A stretch of DNA of 64,000 bases. Source: Camelus ferus (Eukaryota). Shown here in pieces: positions 38,195 through 50,525 of this stretch; within the stretch, counting starts at the first letter, position 1; every line of letters starts with the position of its first letter. Both the position numbers and the translations under genes were made by a program. Under the pieces are notes generated by a model, which had not been told where the DNA came from, did not search any database, and worked only from the letters and a program-made list of their open reading frames with translations. The stretch spans positions 36,582,001 to 36,646,000 of the forward strand of contig NC_045697.1 of assembly GCF_009834535.1 (NCBI RefSeq), read 5' to 3'.

Positions 38195-38910
38195 TTTTGT
38201 TTTACTTTAAGATATAATTCACACACTATAAAATTTATCCTCTTAAGCATATAATTCCGTGGTTTTTAGTATCTTCACAAGACTGTGCATCACCGCGCTC
38301 TATCACCAATATCTAATTCCAGAACATTTTCATCATCCCCAAAGAAATGCCATGCCATTATCAGTCACTCCCCATTCCCTTCTTTCCCCAGCCCTGGTGA
38401 CCACTAAGCTGCGTTCTGTCTCTCTGGACATTTGCTGTAAATGGACTCATACCATATGTGGCCTTCTGCATCAGACTTCTTTCACTTAGCATAATGTTTT
38501 CAAGTTTTATCCATGTTGTAGCATGAATTAATGTTTCACTCCTTTTTATGGTTGAATGTTAGCCCACCGTACACATATAGACCACGTTTTGTTTAGGTGT
38601 TCATCAACTGATAGGACATTGGGTTCTTTTCATATTTTGGCTACTAGTAATGAACGATGTTGTCATGAACATCCATGTAAACATTTCTGTGAAAATATAT
38701 GTTTTCAGTTCTACTAGGTATATACCCAGGAATGAAATTGCTGGGTCACATGGTAACTCTGTGTTGAACTTTTTAAGGAACTGCCAAACTGTTTTCCCAA
38801 GTGGTTGCACCATTTTACGCTTCCACCAGCAGTGTATGAAGGTTCCAATTCCACCAACATTTGTTATTGTCTGTCTTTTTTATTATAATCATCCCAACGG
38901 GTGTGAAGCA
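38195..38910 (-). mobile_element. L1MB-like 3' end with ORF2 C-terminus
   Basis: ORF 38604..38813(-) VQPLGKTVWQFLKKFNTELPCDPAISFLGIY matches L1 ORF2p. Confidence 0.92.
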
Positions 38911-39134
38911 TACATTTTTTAACAAACATGAGTCAATGTTTTAAAGATTAAAAAATATTAAAACTGTGGTTACAAAAATGCAACTGGGGCTATGACATTC
39001 CTACAGATTTAAAAGATTAGGGATTCAGCTCATATTTGTCAAACTGACTTATAAAGAAACATATTGCAGCTTCGCTAAAAAGCTGTTTTAGTCTCTCTGT
39101 GCCATCAGCAAGTGAGGTGAGCTCCTTTAGCAAT

Positions 39135-39340
39135 AACCGTTAGTACTTATTGGCAATTCCCGATGGTTTTATATCTATTAGCTCATTGGATCCTCATATT
39201 GGCCCTTGGGGGTAGGTGCTGTAATTACCATTTTCATTTTGTGGATGAACACTCTGAGGCCTGGAGAGGTTAAATAATCTGCCTGAGATTCCACAGCTTA
39301 GGGTCCATGCTTTTAAGCCATTAACTTCCTCTATCTCATA
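39135..39340 (-). mobile_element. MIR
   Basis: ggtaggtgctgtaattacc...tgaggcctggagaggttaaataatctgcctgag. Confidence 0.7.
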
Positions 39341-39380
39341 ACACTACTTGGTAGGAAGCAATCAGTGGTCTCCTCTAGAC

Positions 39381-39565
39381 CAATGGTTCTCAAAGTGTGG
39401 TCCCCAGACCACTTGCATCTGCATCACCTGTAAGCATGTTTGCAACGCGAACTCTCAGGCTCCACTCCAGACTTACCGAATCACAAACGCTGAGGGTGGG
39501 GTGCAGCAATCTCTGCTTTAATAAGCCCTGTGATTCTGATGCATGTGAACATTTGAAAACCACTG
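39381..39565. mobile_element. MER5A hAT-Charlie MITE
   Basis: Terminal inverted repeats caatggttctcaaa / tttgaaaaccactg; 8-bp flanks ctctagac / atctagag. Confidence 0.9.
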
Positions 39566-39974
39566 ATCTAGAGCAAGAACGTCGTATGTTCACAGTTTAT
39601 GGACAAATCCCAACGGGTCAGATACAGTGGTAGGGGTTAGGTACACTCAGTCTGAGGATTCAACGCTGAAAAGGATTGTCCTTCCAGTGCTTAGTAAGAG
39701 AACTTGATAAATGGGTGAATCAGTGTTACCTTATAGGGCAACTGGCTCTAAATGAAGGTATGCACGTGACATTCCATCCAGGGAAGCGTGAGAAAGCTTC
39801 CTGCAGGAAATGTCTTTTGAGCTTCCAATAAACTTAGAAAGCCAACGTCAGTTTCAGGTTATTCAAGTATATTTCTTACTCCTGTTACTTTCAGGAGAGA
39901 CTCCAAATTCTATAACGTGACCTTCAAAACACTTTACTAACTGACTCCTAGCTGATCCACCCTGCAACTCCTTG

Positions 39975-40127
39975 CTACTCAAAGAGCCACAGGACACAGT
40001 GACATCATCTGGGAACTCGTCAGCAGTGCAGAATTTTAGAGCTCTTTCCTGACCTACAGAATCAGAATCTGTAGTTGAACAAGAACCCCAACTGATTTGC
40101 ATGCATATTAAAGTTTCAGAAGCACAG
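39975..40127. mobile_element. MER5A1-like MITE
   Basis: catcatctgggaactcgtcagcagtgcagaatt...gacctacagaatcagaatctg...attaaagtttcagaagcac. Confidence 0.75.
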
Positions 40128-40457
40128 CTCTAGCTACTATGGAGGACTGAGCCAAATTATATCCTCCAAAAATTATATCCTCTGTAGCACCCTCTCTCTG
40201 TCCAGAATCCCCTTCCCTCTTTAGGCTCCTCTGAACCCTCCAGAGAAGGTGGACATCCTTTCATGACAGCACTCGGACTGCAGGTTGTTTATGTACCTAT
40301 CAGTCTTCAGTACTAGATTGTGAGCTTCTCAAGGGCAGAGAGATCATTATATTTTCCTGTTATTTGTGGGGATTCTGGCCCTACTTGCTTCCTTGCATGT
40401 AATGGTGCCTAGTCAATGTTCGTTTGATGGAACAACATGTGGATCAATGAGATGTGC

Positions 40458-40499
40458 CAAATCCACCCAAGTGTAGGTACCACATCTTGGGTGGATTTG
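40458..40499. repeat. Inverted repeat / near-perfect palindrome
   Basis: caaatccacccaag (40458-40471) is the exact reverse complement of cttgggtggatttg (40486-40499); spacer tgtaggtaccacat also largely pairs. Confidence 0.95.
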
Positions 40500-41058
40500 A
40501 CCTCAGGACTCACTCCCTTCTGCCACAGTCACATGATTCTGGTCAGTTGTCTAGTTTACTAGCATCAGAGAGAACCAGACAGGGCAACAGGAGACTGGGC
40601 AGTGGCTAAGGGTTAAAAAAGAAAATCTAGTTTAAACTTTTGAAAAGACCATATTATGTTTTCTTATTATATTTTAATTTACCAGATCCTACCTCAAAAG
40701 ACAGAAGCTAGGGCATGACATGAAGTCAGCTCTGGGTTGAGAGCTGAGTTCTGAATACAGTGCTGATATGGGGTGAGTTACTTTGGTAATTTCATCTCAT
40801 CTCCCTGGGCTCTGTCTCCTTGTTAGTAAGTGAGGGAGTTGGACTAAGCAATCTCCTGAGTCTTCCCTCACCCACCACAAGTTGCTTTAAACATTAAAAT
40901 TCTAATACTTGTTAGATATTAATATAATCTGATGTAGACAACTTTGGGAAATTGAGGTTTTATTTGAACAGGGCTCTGGAGGATAGTAAGTTTTCAAAAT
41001 CTCTTTCATAGGCAAGTTACACTAAAGTTATAAGTTTCCTCTAGTTACCTAGACATTT

Positions 41059-41226
41059 ACAAAAAATTAAATTTATTTATTTTGGATTTGGGGAGGATAG
41101 GGAAGTAATTAGATTTATTGATTGATTTATTATTATTATTACTTTTTAAATGAAGGTACTGGGGATTGAACCCAGGACTCGTGCATGCTAAGCACACCCT
41201 CTGCCACTGAGCTATACCCTCCCCTG
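41059..41226 (-). mobile_element. vic-1-type tRNA-Ala-derived SINE
   Basis: ggtactggggattgaacccaggactcgtgcatgctaagcac...ccactgagctataccc; TSD cctaga(c/t)attt at 41048-41058 and 41227-41237. Confidence 0.9.
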
Positions 41227-42539
41227 CCTAGATATTTTAAAAAGCATGATTTATTGTATTTTCAGTTTTTCACAAGTAGGAAACTATTGAGTGGAACCTG
41301 CTTCAGAAAGATGTGGGCATGTCGTAAGCCAGGAAGAGCGGATTTTGATCAAGAACGTTGGCATTTGCAATAAATCCAACTTTGTTCTGAGTGATTAAGT
41401 TCTTTAGAAAACCCATTGACGTTTCAAAGAGTGCGTAGATTAGAAAATGCTGACAATTTTCGAAACACTAGCCTTGCATGTTAATGCCCCGGTGTCGTGG
41501 GAGTAAACAGTAAGGCGCTGTTGGCACACACTGGGCCGCTCTCACACATGGAGACGCCAACCTGGCCAGCCCGGACACACTACAGCGGTCCTTGTTCCTC
41601 CATCACTCCCCCACCCGACGGCTAGCAAAGGGCCATTATCTCTCATTCTGACATCTGAAGAGAAATCTGAATGCCAGGAAGGAAGTTTTCCAAATTGGTA
41701 TAAAAACAAAATCCTCTTATTACAACAGGATACAGTAAAGAAAACAAAGCAGGAAGCTCACGAGAGGGAAAAGGTTTAAAAGTGTAAATGAAACATTTCT
41801 GAGAGAACCAAATACCCCTAACGCAGTGCAGTTACTTGTATTTACTGGGAAAAAACAGCACTGCTGGAGAGAGTACGTATTGGGCGGATGCGTATGTTGC
41901 TGGAAAGATCGCCCACCATTGTATATGTCACCAGCCTTGAAAATCTAACTCACGTTAACTGGAAGTCAATGGCCTTTTCTTTCACAATTTCATTTCTCTT
42001 AGAAGTAAAATATTATTCTTTGGGAGGGGAGTTCTCATGAGTTTTTTTCCAGAAGTGAATAGGATTGTACAAGAAAGGTGAAAACAGCTTGCCTTTTCAT
42101 TACTCAGAGATTAGGGAAAATGTTGCGTGGTGGTATTTAGTTATAAAGAGCCTCAATAACTTATCCCAGCTCAGGGCTGGAAGAGATTTCAAAATGGTCT
42201 TCTGATGTTACCACTCAGGGTCCATCACCCTGGACCGTGCACCCACGCAGCGCTGCATACACTGTGCGGCTACAATACATCCAGGTCAGCCGCTGTGACT
42301 TGCCTGGCTAAAATGAGGGCTAATATCATAGCCCTCACACCAGAAGATGGAAGGGGAAAGAGCTCTGACTCCATATAACATGAGTGAAGATGAGTCAAGA
42401 GCTTTCTTATGCTAACCATATGTGCTTCTCAGATATTTGTCAGGAGTATTATGACTAAATGGTAGGAGGAGAATTCTCCCTTGAAGTCCCATGGATGTGT
42501 TTTATTCTTGTGAGAGCTACAGAGAATCTGTAACTATTA

Positions 42540-42730
42540 AGAGATTTATGTGTAGTCCTCACTTAATCCTCACACAAACAACCTGACGAGGTGGGTCTAT
42601 TATTGTCCCCAATTCACAGAAGAGGGAGCTGAAGTCTAGAAGAGTCTCACAGATTACCCAAGGTTGCTCAGCTAATGAGTAGCAAAACCAGAATTTAATC
42701 CCAGGTCTGTTGGCGCCTGGAGCTCAAGTT
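42540..42730 (-). mobile_element. MIR
   Basis: cttaatcctcacac...tattattgtccccaattcacagaagagggagctga...cccaaggttgctcagctaatgagt. Confidence 0.75.
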
Positions 42731-43513
42731 CTACGTTTTGAACTTCTTTTAGTTTAAATGACAACTTTTCACTGAAAGATCTATATACAGATAGTTACAT
42801 CCTCAAAAGAATATAGGCTTTTCTGATCTCCAGATTACTTGGGTAACCTGTGCTCTTCACGCCGTCCTTTCTGCCTGCCTCTGAGAAGTGGGCTCTCAGT
42901 TCCTCCTTTTCTTGAGCGTCTTCAGCTCATCTTCGTTAACACACTCATGTTTCAGCTTCCCGAACAATTCTTTACTTGACTGTTTGTACCTTTTAATCAC
43001 TATCCTGTTTCTCTCCTTTCCTCAACAAGTAGTGTCTTTTGCTGTGACTTCATGGCCCTCACTGCCTACCCTCCACTCTGCTGAACTTGCATCCTCACGG
43101 GCACGTATGATCTTTAACCACCAAGCCCAAAGGCCTTTCCTGGTTGTCCTTCACCTTGACCTTTCTGCGGTATTTGGCCCTGTGGACCATCCACTGCTTG
43201 GAGATCTGCATGCACTTTAGGAACACAAAAACTTATTAAATAATTGGCTAAATAAAATACTCAAACATTTTCTACAAATACAATGTATATACAGCTAAAG
43301 ACCAGAAAAAATTTACATATAAACATCCTTGTTCATTTTTAAAGAATTCATAAAAAAAGGATTCTAGTTAGGGAAGCTGCCCAGCATTGAAGCAAGAGCC
43401 CTCTTTGGCAGACTAAATTCAACTGTTTTAAAAAAGATTTATATATTTTTGGTTAATATTTTTAAAAATTGTAGGCATATCATACATCAAAATTAACTCA
43501 AAATGGATCATTG

Positions 43514-43747
43514 GCATGGTTACTATGGTTAAAAATACTACATTGTATATTTGAAAGTTGCTAAAAAATTAGATCTTAAAAGTTCTTATTACAAGAAAAA
43601 AATTTCATAACTATGTGTGGTGATGGATGTTCAACTTTTTCTGGGAATCATAAATATATACACATTTTTGTAATATATACATATATCAAATCATTATGTT
43701 TTATACCTAAAGCTAATGTTATATGTCAATTATACCTCAATTTAAAA
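43514..43747 (+). mobile_element. Nested L1MA9/10-like 3' end
   Basis: ttgtatatttgaaagttgctaa...gtcaattatacctcaat; degenerate TSD ggatcattg / ggattattg. Confidence 0.8.
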
Positions 43748-44026
43748 AAAAGGATTATTGACTTAAATGCAAGAAGCTAAAACTCTTAGAAGAAAACATG
43801 AGTCAATCTCCATGAATTGACAATTGAATTAGGCAACAGTTTCTTAGATATAAAACATAAGAAAAAACAACATAAGAATAAGTAAGTTTGCCTTCATCAA
43901 AATTAAAATTTTTGTGCTTCAAAGGACACCATCAAGAAAATGAAAAGAGGACCCACGGAATGTGAGAAAATATTAGCAGATCGTGTATCAGATAAAGAAC
44001 TTGTCTTCAGAATATGTAAAGAACTC

Positions 44027-44084
44027 ACCAGGCTCACCTCAAGTTCTGTGTTTGAGCAATAAAGTGGAAACAATAAAAAAAAAA
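44027..44084 (+). pseudogene. Tiny polyadenylated non-L1 retro-insertion (processed mRNA 3' tip or orphan transduction)
   Basis: accaggctcacctcaagttctgtgtttgagcAATAAAgtggaaacaat(A)n interrupts L1 ORF2; TSD aatatgtaaagaactc 44011-44026 / agtatataaagaactc 44085-44100 (14 of 16 match). Confidence 0.7.
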
Positions 44085-44316
44085 AGTATATAAAGAACTC
44101 TTACAACTCAACAACAAAAAGACAAACAAGCCAGTTAAAAACCGGGCAAATGATTTGAATAGATATTTCTCCAAAGAAGATACACAAATGGTCAATAAGT
44201 ACATGAAAAGTTGCTCAACATCACAGTTATTAAGGAAATGCAAACCAAACCATGAGATACCACTCCATGCCCACTAGGATACCTGAAATAAAAAGTACAG
44301 ACAACACAAATGCTGG

Positions 44317-45086
44317 CTTACAATGAGATATCACTTCACACTCACTAGGATGGTTATTATTAAAAAAAAAAAAAAAAAACCAAACAGAAAATAATGTCAG
44401 GCCAGGATGTGGAGAAATTAGAACTCTTGTGCATTGCTGATGAGAATGTAAAATTGTGAAGCTACTGTGGAAAACAATAGTTCCTCAAAAAAAAAAACAA
44501 AAGCAAAAAAAACCAAAACCATAGAACTACCATATGATCCAGCAATTCCTCTTCTGGGTATATATCCAAAAGAACTGAAAGCACTGACTCAAACCTCAAA
44601 CAGATATTTGTATATTCATGTTTAGAACAGCATTATTAACAATAGCAAAAAGGTTGAAGCAACCCAAGTAGCCATCAATGGATGAATGCATAAACAAAAT
44701 AGTATACAGACATGCAATGGAATATTACTCAGCCTTAAAAAGGAAGGAAATTCTGACACAGGCTATGACATAGTTAAACCTTGAAGACACAACACTAAGT
44801 AAAATAAGCCAATCCCAAAAGGACAAATACTGTATGATTCCACTTATACGAGATACCAAGTGTAGTCAAATTCATAGACACAGAAAGTATAATAGTGGTT
44901 GCAAGGGGCTGAGGGAGAGAGGAATGGAAAGTTATTGTTTAGTGGGTACAGGGTTTCAGGTTGATTAAATGAAAAAGTTCTGGAGATGGTGATGGTTACA
45001 CAATGAGTGAATGTACTTAATGCCACTAAACCGTACACTTAAAAATGGCAAAACAAAATAAAACCAAGCAAGCAAACAAACAAACA
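44317..45086 (+). mobile_element. Nested L1MB-like 3' end
   Basis: Repeats the ORF2 segment atgagatatcacttcacactcactaggat already present at about 44252; own 3' UTR and A-rich tail; TSD acaaatgctgg / aaaaatgttgg. Confidence 0.8.
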
Positions 45087-45494
45087 AAAAATGTTGGAAA
45101 ACATTGCTGAGTTTGTAAAATGTGAGCAGCCACTTCTGAGTTTGGTAGTTCCTCAAAACGTTAAACCGAGATTCCTACGACCCAGCAATTCCACTCCTAG
45201 ATATATTTATCCCTAAGAGAATTAAAAATATACATCTACACAAAATGTGTACATGAATGTTCATAGCAGCATTCTTTAGAATAGCCAAAAAATGGAAACA
45301 GCCCAAATTTTCATGAACTGATGAATGGATAAACAAAATGCAGTATATCCATGAAATGAAATACGATTCACCAATAAAAAAGAATGAAGTACTGATACAT
45401 ACCACCCATGGATGAACCTTGAAAACATGGTAAGTGAAAGAAACCAGATACAAAAGGCCACATATCATATGATTCCACTTTTGAAAAATATCCA

Positions 45495-45840
45495 ACCAAT
45501 GAACTTATCTGCAAAACAGAAACAGACTCACAGACATAATAAACAATCTTATGGTTACAGGGGGAATGATGGTGGGAAGGGATAAATTTGGGAGTTTAAG
45601 ATTTGCAAATGTTAGCCACCATATATGAAAATAGATTATAAAAACCCCAAGTTTCTTCTGTATAGCACAGGGAACTATATTCAATATCTTGTAATAACAT
45701 TTAATGAAAAAGAATATGAAAAGAAATACATGTATGTATATGCATGATGGGGACATTGTGCTGTACACCAGAAATTGACACATTGTAACTGACTGTACTT
45801 CAATAATAAATAAATAAATAAATACTTAAAAAAATAAAAG
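45495..45840 (+). mobile_element. Nested cetartiodactyl-type L1 3' UTR
   Basis: aaaacagaaacagactcacagacata...ctgtatagcacagggaactatattcaatatcttg...(TAAA)n; TSD aaat(a/g)tcca. Confidence 0.9.
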
Positions 45841-48647
45841 AAATGTCCAGGATTGGCAAATCCATAGAGACAGAAAATAGATTAGAAGTTTTCAGGGGCT
45901 GAGCAGAGGTGGGGAGATGGAAAGGGACTGTGACGGGGTCTGGTTTTCATTTTGGGGTGATAAAGATGCTCTGAAATTTGAGTGTTGATAGTTACACAAC
46001 CTTGTAAATGAATTGTACACTTTAAAAGGGTGAATTTTGTGGTGTCTGAATTATAACTCAATAAAGCTTTTTTAAAAGAAGAAAAAATAAATACGGGTTA
46101 GCTACCTGCAAGCTCGTGTTCATTTCCTCATTCATTCATTTATTGAGTCTCTGTGGAATATCCTTTGAGCAAGGGACTGTGTCAGATGCTGGGCATAAGA
46201 GCATTTTGAAAAGATCCTCTAACTTCAGCGTGGCAGCCAGATTGGAAGGGCACCAGAAGCCATATGGACAGCTGACAAAATGTGGAGTCAGCCAATACAG
46301 AGAAAACTCACATCACTGCTCAGACAAAAGTCATTTCCTTACATTCTTTTCACCACAGAGAGACAAACCAAGGAAGGGAAACAAGTTCTTCGGCTCTTTT
46401 GTGATCCAAAGAAAGTTCCGTGCTTCCTTAGGGGCTTCAGAAAAGAGCTTTACAATCATAAAAACTTGACTGTTAATTTTACTTTTGAAATCTAATAAAA
46501 AAAGGTACACCGTATGCCTGTCTTTGTTAAAAGTATAAAATGAAAAGTGAAGCCAGGAGTGTGGCCAAGTAGCCTGGATGACTGGACCTTCATTCCTCAC
46601 ACATCTTTGATGGAAAACACTGTGTGATGAGTGGTCAAGGATCCAAGGCCGGCTTGGGTGTACGGGAGGGGAGCACCACTTGCTCCAGCATAGCTCCTGC
46701 TTGTCCCCGTCAGCCTCACTGGCCCCAGGTACACTTACAGGTTTTCATGGGGCTGTGGCATGGGACAGTCAAAGCTTTGTGCCCAGCCTGTGTCTCTTAG
46801 AACAGTGGTGTCTTCATGGAGAAAGAAAGTTTAGCTAGTGTAATAAGACCCCCCTAGATGGTGAGAAGAGGACCGGGTTTGGAGCTGTCGATTACCTATG
46901 GGCCTCCCCATCCTCTTCACTCTCTCATCATAATCCTAGGTGGTACAGCATGGTCCTCAGGATGTGTTCATTATCCTTCCCAATGTGAACTGCTCATTAA
47001 CATTTGTAAGAAAAGCCCAATTAAGTTTTGTTAAACTGATCCTAACAGAGCTGAGCAATCTTGTTGAAAGTTAAACTTACTTCCAAATAACTTAGATCGA
47101 CTCTCACATTATTTCCATGAGAACTCCTACCGAGAGTAAGCTCTCGTGTGTAGAGGAACTCCATTACAGAAAACCAAGACAAGGTTTCTTGCTTTGAGTT
47201 GGTTTTTTGCTTTGACTCCAATCAAATGAAATAATCACAAACTGAATTCTCTCAACCTAAGGAAAATTTCAAACATTAAAAAAAAATCAAATACTTGTAG
47301 AATGTATGGAAGCAAAGTATTTTATTTCTCTTTTTTAAATGTGCTTTTGGATGTCAGTCTTGGGTTAGCATCCTTCTGAAGATGGATGCCACAATTTGCT
47401 CAAATGTCATTCTCTGAGCTTACTTGGAACCTGTTAAAATCTCCACTACCATAGCTGCCCCTCTGAAGCATCTAGAAGAGCTTTTTAAGGAGCCTGTGCC
47501 CTCCTCATTAGTCAGCCCTCCTTCTGCACTTCCCACAGGAGGATTCCAGGACAGATGCTCAGTGGGGGTGCTCAGCACTGGGTCAAGAGGACCTGGGGTT
47601 TACCTAATTCCGACTTCACAAGTCTCTGAGGGAAACAGCATTTAGGAAGCCACCAACAGAGAAGACTCCAACTTGAAGGCATTTTTCTTTAGTGCCTCTT
47701 CACGTTTTCACGTGGGAATGAAACTCAAGCTCACTAGGAACAGAATCATCTCAAAGATTTCTATTAGGCAAAGCTTGAAGGCAGCCATTCAGTTGGAAGG
47801 ACAAGGTAAGTAAAGACATCTTGAAGCCAAGCCCATGTGGCAGGCGCACAGGTTTAGAATATTTGTTTGGGCTGAGGAGGGAGCTACTTGTGATGAAGGG
47901 ATGGGGAAGCCCCACCTCCCCGCCTCCAGCCATCCCTAGGTGCGTCTACAAATGAAACAGGACTGGAAGCTGCTCCAGAAACCAGAATAATGGCTACAAG
48001 GTTCTTGCCACCAAAAAACAGACCAAGCTCATGCCGACTCTAGCAAAGGCGCAGAGTTTCAGCGCTAAGAGCTCATTCTGGCTCCTTCTGCTCTGTGTTG
48101 GCCCATCCTTTCAAATATGTCCCAGGCAGTGCCAAGTGTGGCTTCACTCCCAGATCTGGAAAGAAGGAATGTTGTAAAAGATGTGATGTGCCTTCCAAAT
48201 GGCTCATCTGCCCACGGGCTGCAGCCCAGACCAAGGGTCTCTGAACCAGCAGCAAAGCTGTTTGCCCCACGGGTGTCACAGCAGAATTGAACCAGAGGTC
48301 AGGGACAGGCTCAGACCTGGGAGGTGGGAAAAGACACCCACTCCCCACGCCTGCTCAGTCTTTGGGGTGATCAGGGTGGTGGCGCTCAGTGTGTGCCTCT
48401 TCCCATCAGATTTCAGCTGGACAACACTGGGACCAACTCCCCTGGCTTGGATTAAGCCTTTTGTTTTACTTTGTTTTACATTACAGGTTTGATTTTTTTT
48501 AATGGATCATATCATTTTGAAAAAAGGAGGAAAAAAAAGATCCTCTCTATGTATCCATAATAAGGACCATAAATACATCTATTTTTCTTATTACTCCGAG
48601 GCACTGTTCCAGTGAAAAGCCAAAATCTACACAATATACAGACACTG

Positions 48648-48731
48648 GTTTTTTTTTTTGTTTGTTTGTTTGTTTTGTTTTTTTTGGGGGGGTTTTTTTT
48701 TGTTTTTTTTTTTTTGTTTTTTTTTTTTTTA
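48648..48731. repeat. Poly-T / (TTTG)n low-complexity tract
   Basis: Read directly from the sequence. Confidence 0.9.
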
Positions 48732-48963
48732 CTATTATGCTTCATTGGTTGGTAGGGGGGAACCTTCAATCATCTTTGGGAAAATGAGTATTTTTCCACA
48801 AGAATAATTTCTCAGATAAAAAAGGGGAGGGGGTAACAGCACTGTGTGAGTTTTCTTTTTACCTGAGCTCTATCATATTCCAGGAGCCCTTGCTTAAAAC
48901 AGAGGCTTTTAAATTAGTAACAAGGCACTGAAAAATCCTGTCACTCAGAACAGGATGCTTACA

Positions 48964-49532
48964 CAGTCGATCCTCATCATTTGTGGATTCCATAGCTGTG
49001 GATTCCTCTGGTTACTGAAAGTCATTTGTAACTCCAAATTCAATGCTCGTGGCCCTTTTACACATGGACATGCTCAGATACATCTGCCTTCTTTCAGCAG
49101 CTCTCGTACTGTAAACAGGCATCCTTTTCATGGTCTATTTAGTGTCACAAATTTTTTTTTTTTGGCATTTTTGTGCTTTCCATTGGTGATTTCACTACTT
49201 ACAGTGGCCCCCAAGCATCAGGCTGCAGTACGACAGGCCGTGATGTGCCTTGCAGAGGACGCGGGTGTGTCGGGTAAGTTACATTCAGGCTCGAGTTATG
49301 GTGCTGCTGGTCATGAGTTCAACGTGAATGAATCAACAATCTATACTAAAGAAGGTGTCTGTAAACAGAGACATGCATGAAAAAGGCTATTGCTGGGGTG
49401 CTGAAAATGTGTCCAGAAGCTTGCAGGAAGCTAACCCTGTATTTCTCCTGGGAGCAATGTTCAGTATTTGCTCATTCAGTGTTTGCAATGACTTTGCAGA
49501 ATACAGTTACTGGGAATATGGAGAATTGACTG
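48964..49532 (+). mobile_element. MER82-like Tigger-family DNA element
   Basis: Termini cagtcgatcctc / gagaattgactg followed by TA; internal gagttcaacgtgaatgaatcaacaat encodes EFNVNEST (transposase HTH remnant). Confidence 0.85.
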
Positions 49533-50285
49533 TATCAGCTTTTAAAAGTTGGAAGTGTGACTCCAGACAGGGCATGAGCCTACCTGGGTGGGTCAGGGCC
49601 TACCTGGCTGCAGAGACCAGCTCAAGCAAGCCAGTCCAGGAGAGCCAACGAGAACTAGGCGAAGACTTTGCAGTAAGGCCCACTGGGCGAGAAGTGAGTC
49701 CTAGGGGTTGGGTCAATACAGAGCGGTGTGTGTGTGTTGTGTGTGTGAGAGATGGGTGGGGGAGGAGGGCAAAGGGCCGTGCACATGAAGGATACAGCCA
49801 CTTGGAAACAATGTCTGTATCCAATGGCTGGTTTTCATGGGGTCTGTACACCCAGTGGGGGTGAAGGATCAGGAGTGGAGTGGGATACTACAGGAGCCTG
49901 ACCTGCCTGGATTGAGTAAATTCATTCTGGGTTTAATCTCAGGTACAATAATCCCCTCTCCACCCACCATTTTTGGGAGGATCCTCCTTGTGGACCTCCC
50001 ACAGAAAACTACTAACAGAAAGCTCTCCAAGGGGAAGCCTGAAGAAACAAAAAGATTTCTGAAAAATCTAGTTTTTCTTTCCACTTGATAGAAAATGTGA
50101 TCAAACTGGCTATTAGTTGTCAAATTAAAAGTGAGAGTTTCTTTTTTCCACCTCTGCTGCTCCTGTCCGTGGGGGCTTCTTTCCTTTTCCTTAGGACTCT
50201 GATCCCAACACAGTTCCAAACCTGCCCATCCTGACAAGTTTCCCCACAGCACAACCCAAAACCCCTCTTTCACCGCTCCACCAGC

Positions 50286-50455
50286 CAGTGGTTCTGAACC
50301 TGCACTGCACATCTGAAGCATCTGAAGAGCTTTAAAAAACTCTGGTATCAGACTTTCACTTAAGACCAAACAAATCAGAATTTTGCGGGGATGGGACGTG
50401 AGCATGGGTGGTATCTTCAGTGCCCAGGTAATTCTAATATACCGGCCCCAAATGA
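50286..50455. mobile_element. MER5-family MITE
   Basis: cagtggttctgaacc...aaatcagaatttt...cccaggtaattctaat. Confidence 0.6.
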
Positions 50456-50525
50456 CTGAGGTATGCCTGGCACTGTGATTCTCGATCCTGGCTGCAATTA
50501 GACTCATCTTAAAAGAAATCCCAGG

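Larger units (their letters stand above)
43480..46085 (+). mobile_element. L1MB-like element (ORF2 3' half plus 3' UTR) hosting four younger insertions
   Basis: aaaattaactcaaaatggatc, aatagatatttctccaaagaagatacacaaatgg, atgaatgttcatagcagcatt; 3' end ctcaataaagctttttt(A)n. Confidence 0.9.

Noticed and set aside
14225..40179. Short direct duplications (gaatattccta twice near 14225; aaattatatcctc twice near 40153)
   Set aside because: Only two units each; consistent with ordinary slippage micro-duplications.
48955..49380. 141-aa ORF with a Tigger transposase HTH-like stretch (AVMCLAED...EFNVNESTIY), possible domesticated TIGD-type gene
   Set aside because: Lies within a non-autonomous MER82-like element, has no DDE domain, and the N-terminal part is translated terminal sequence.
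49869..50507. Longest ORF in the track (212 aa, minus strand)
   Set aside because: Crosses MER5-type repeats, has no recognisable domain, and looks like a chance open frame.
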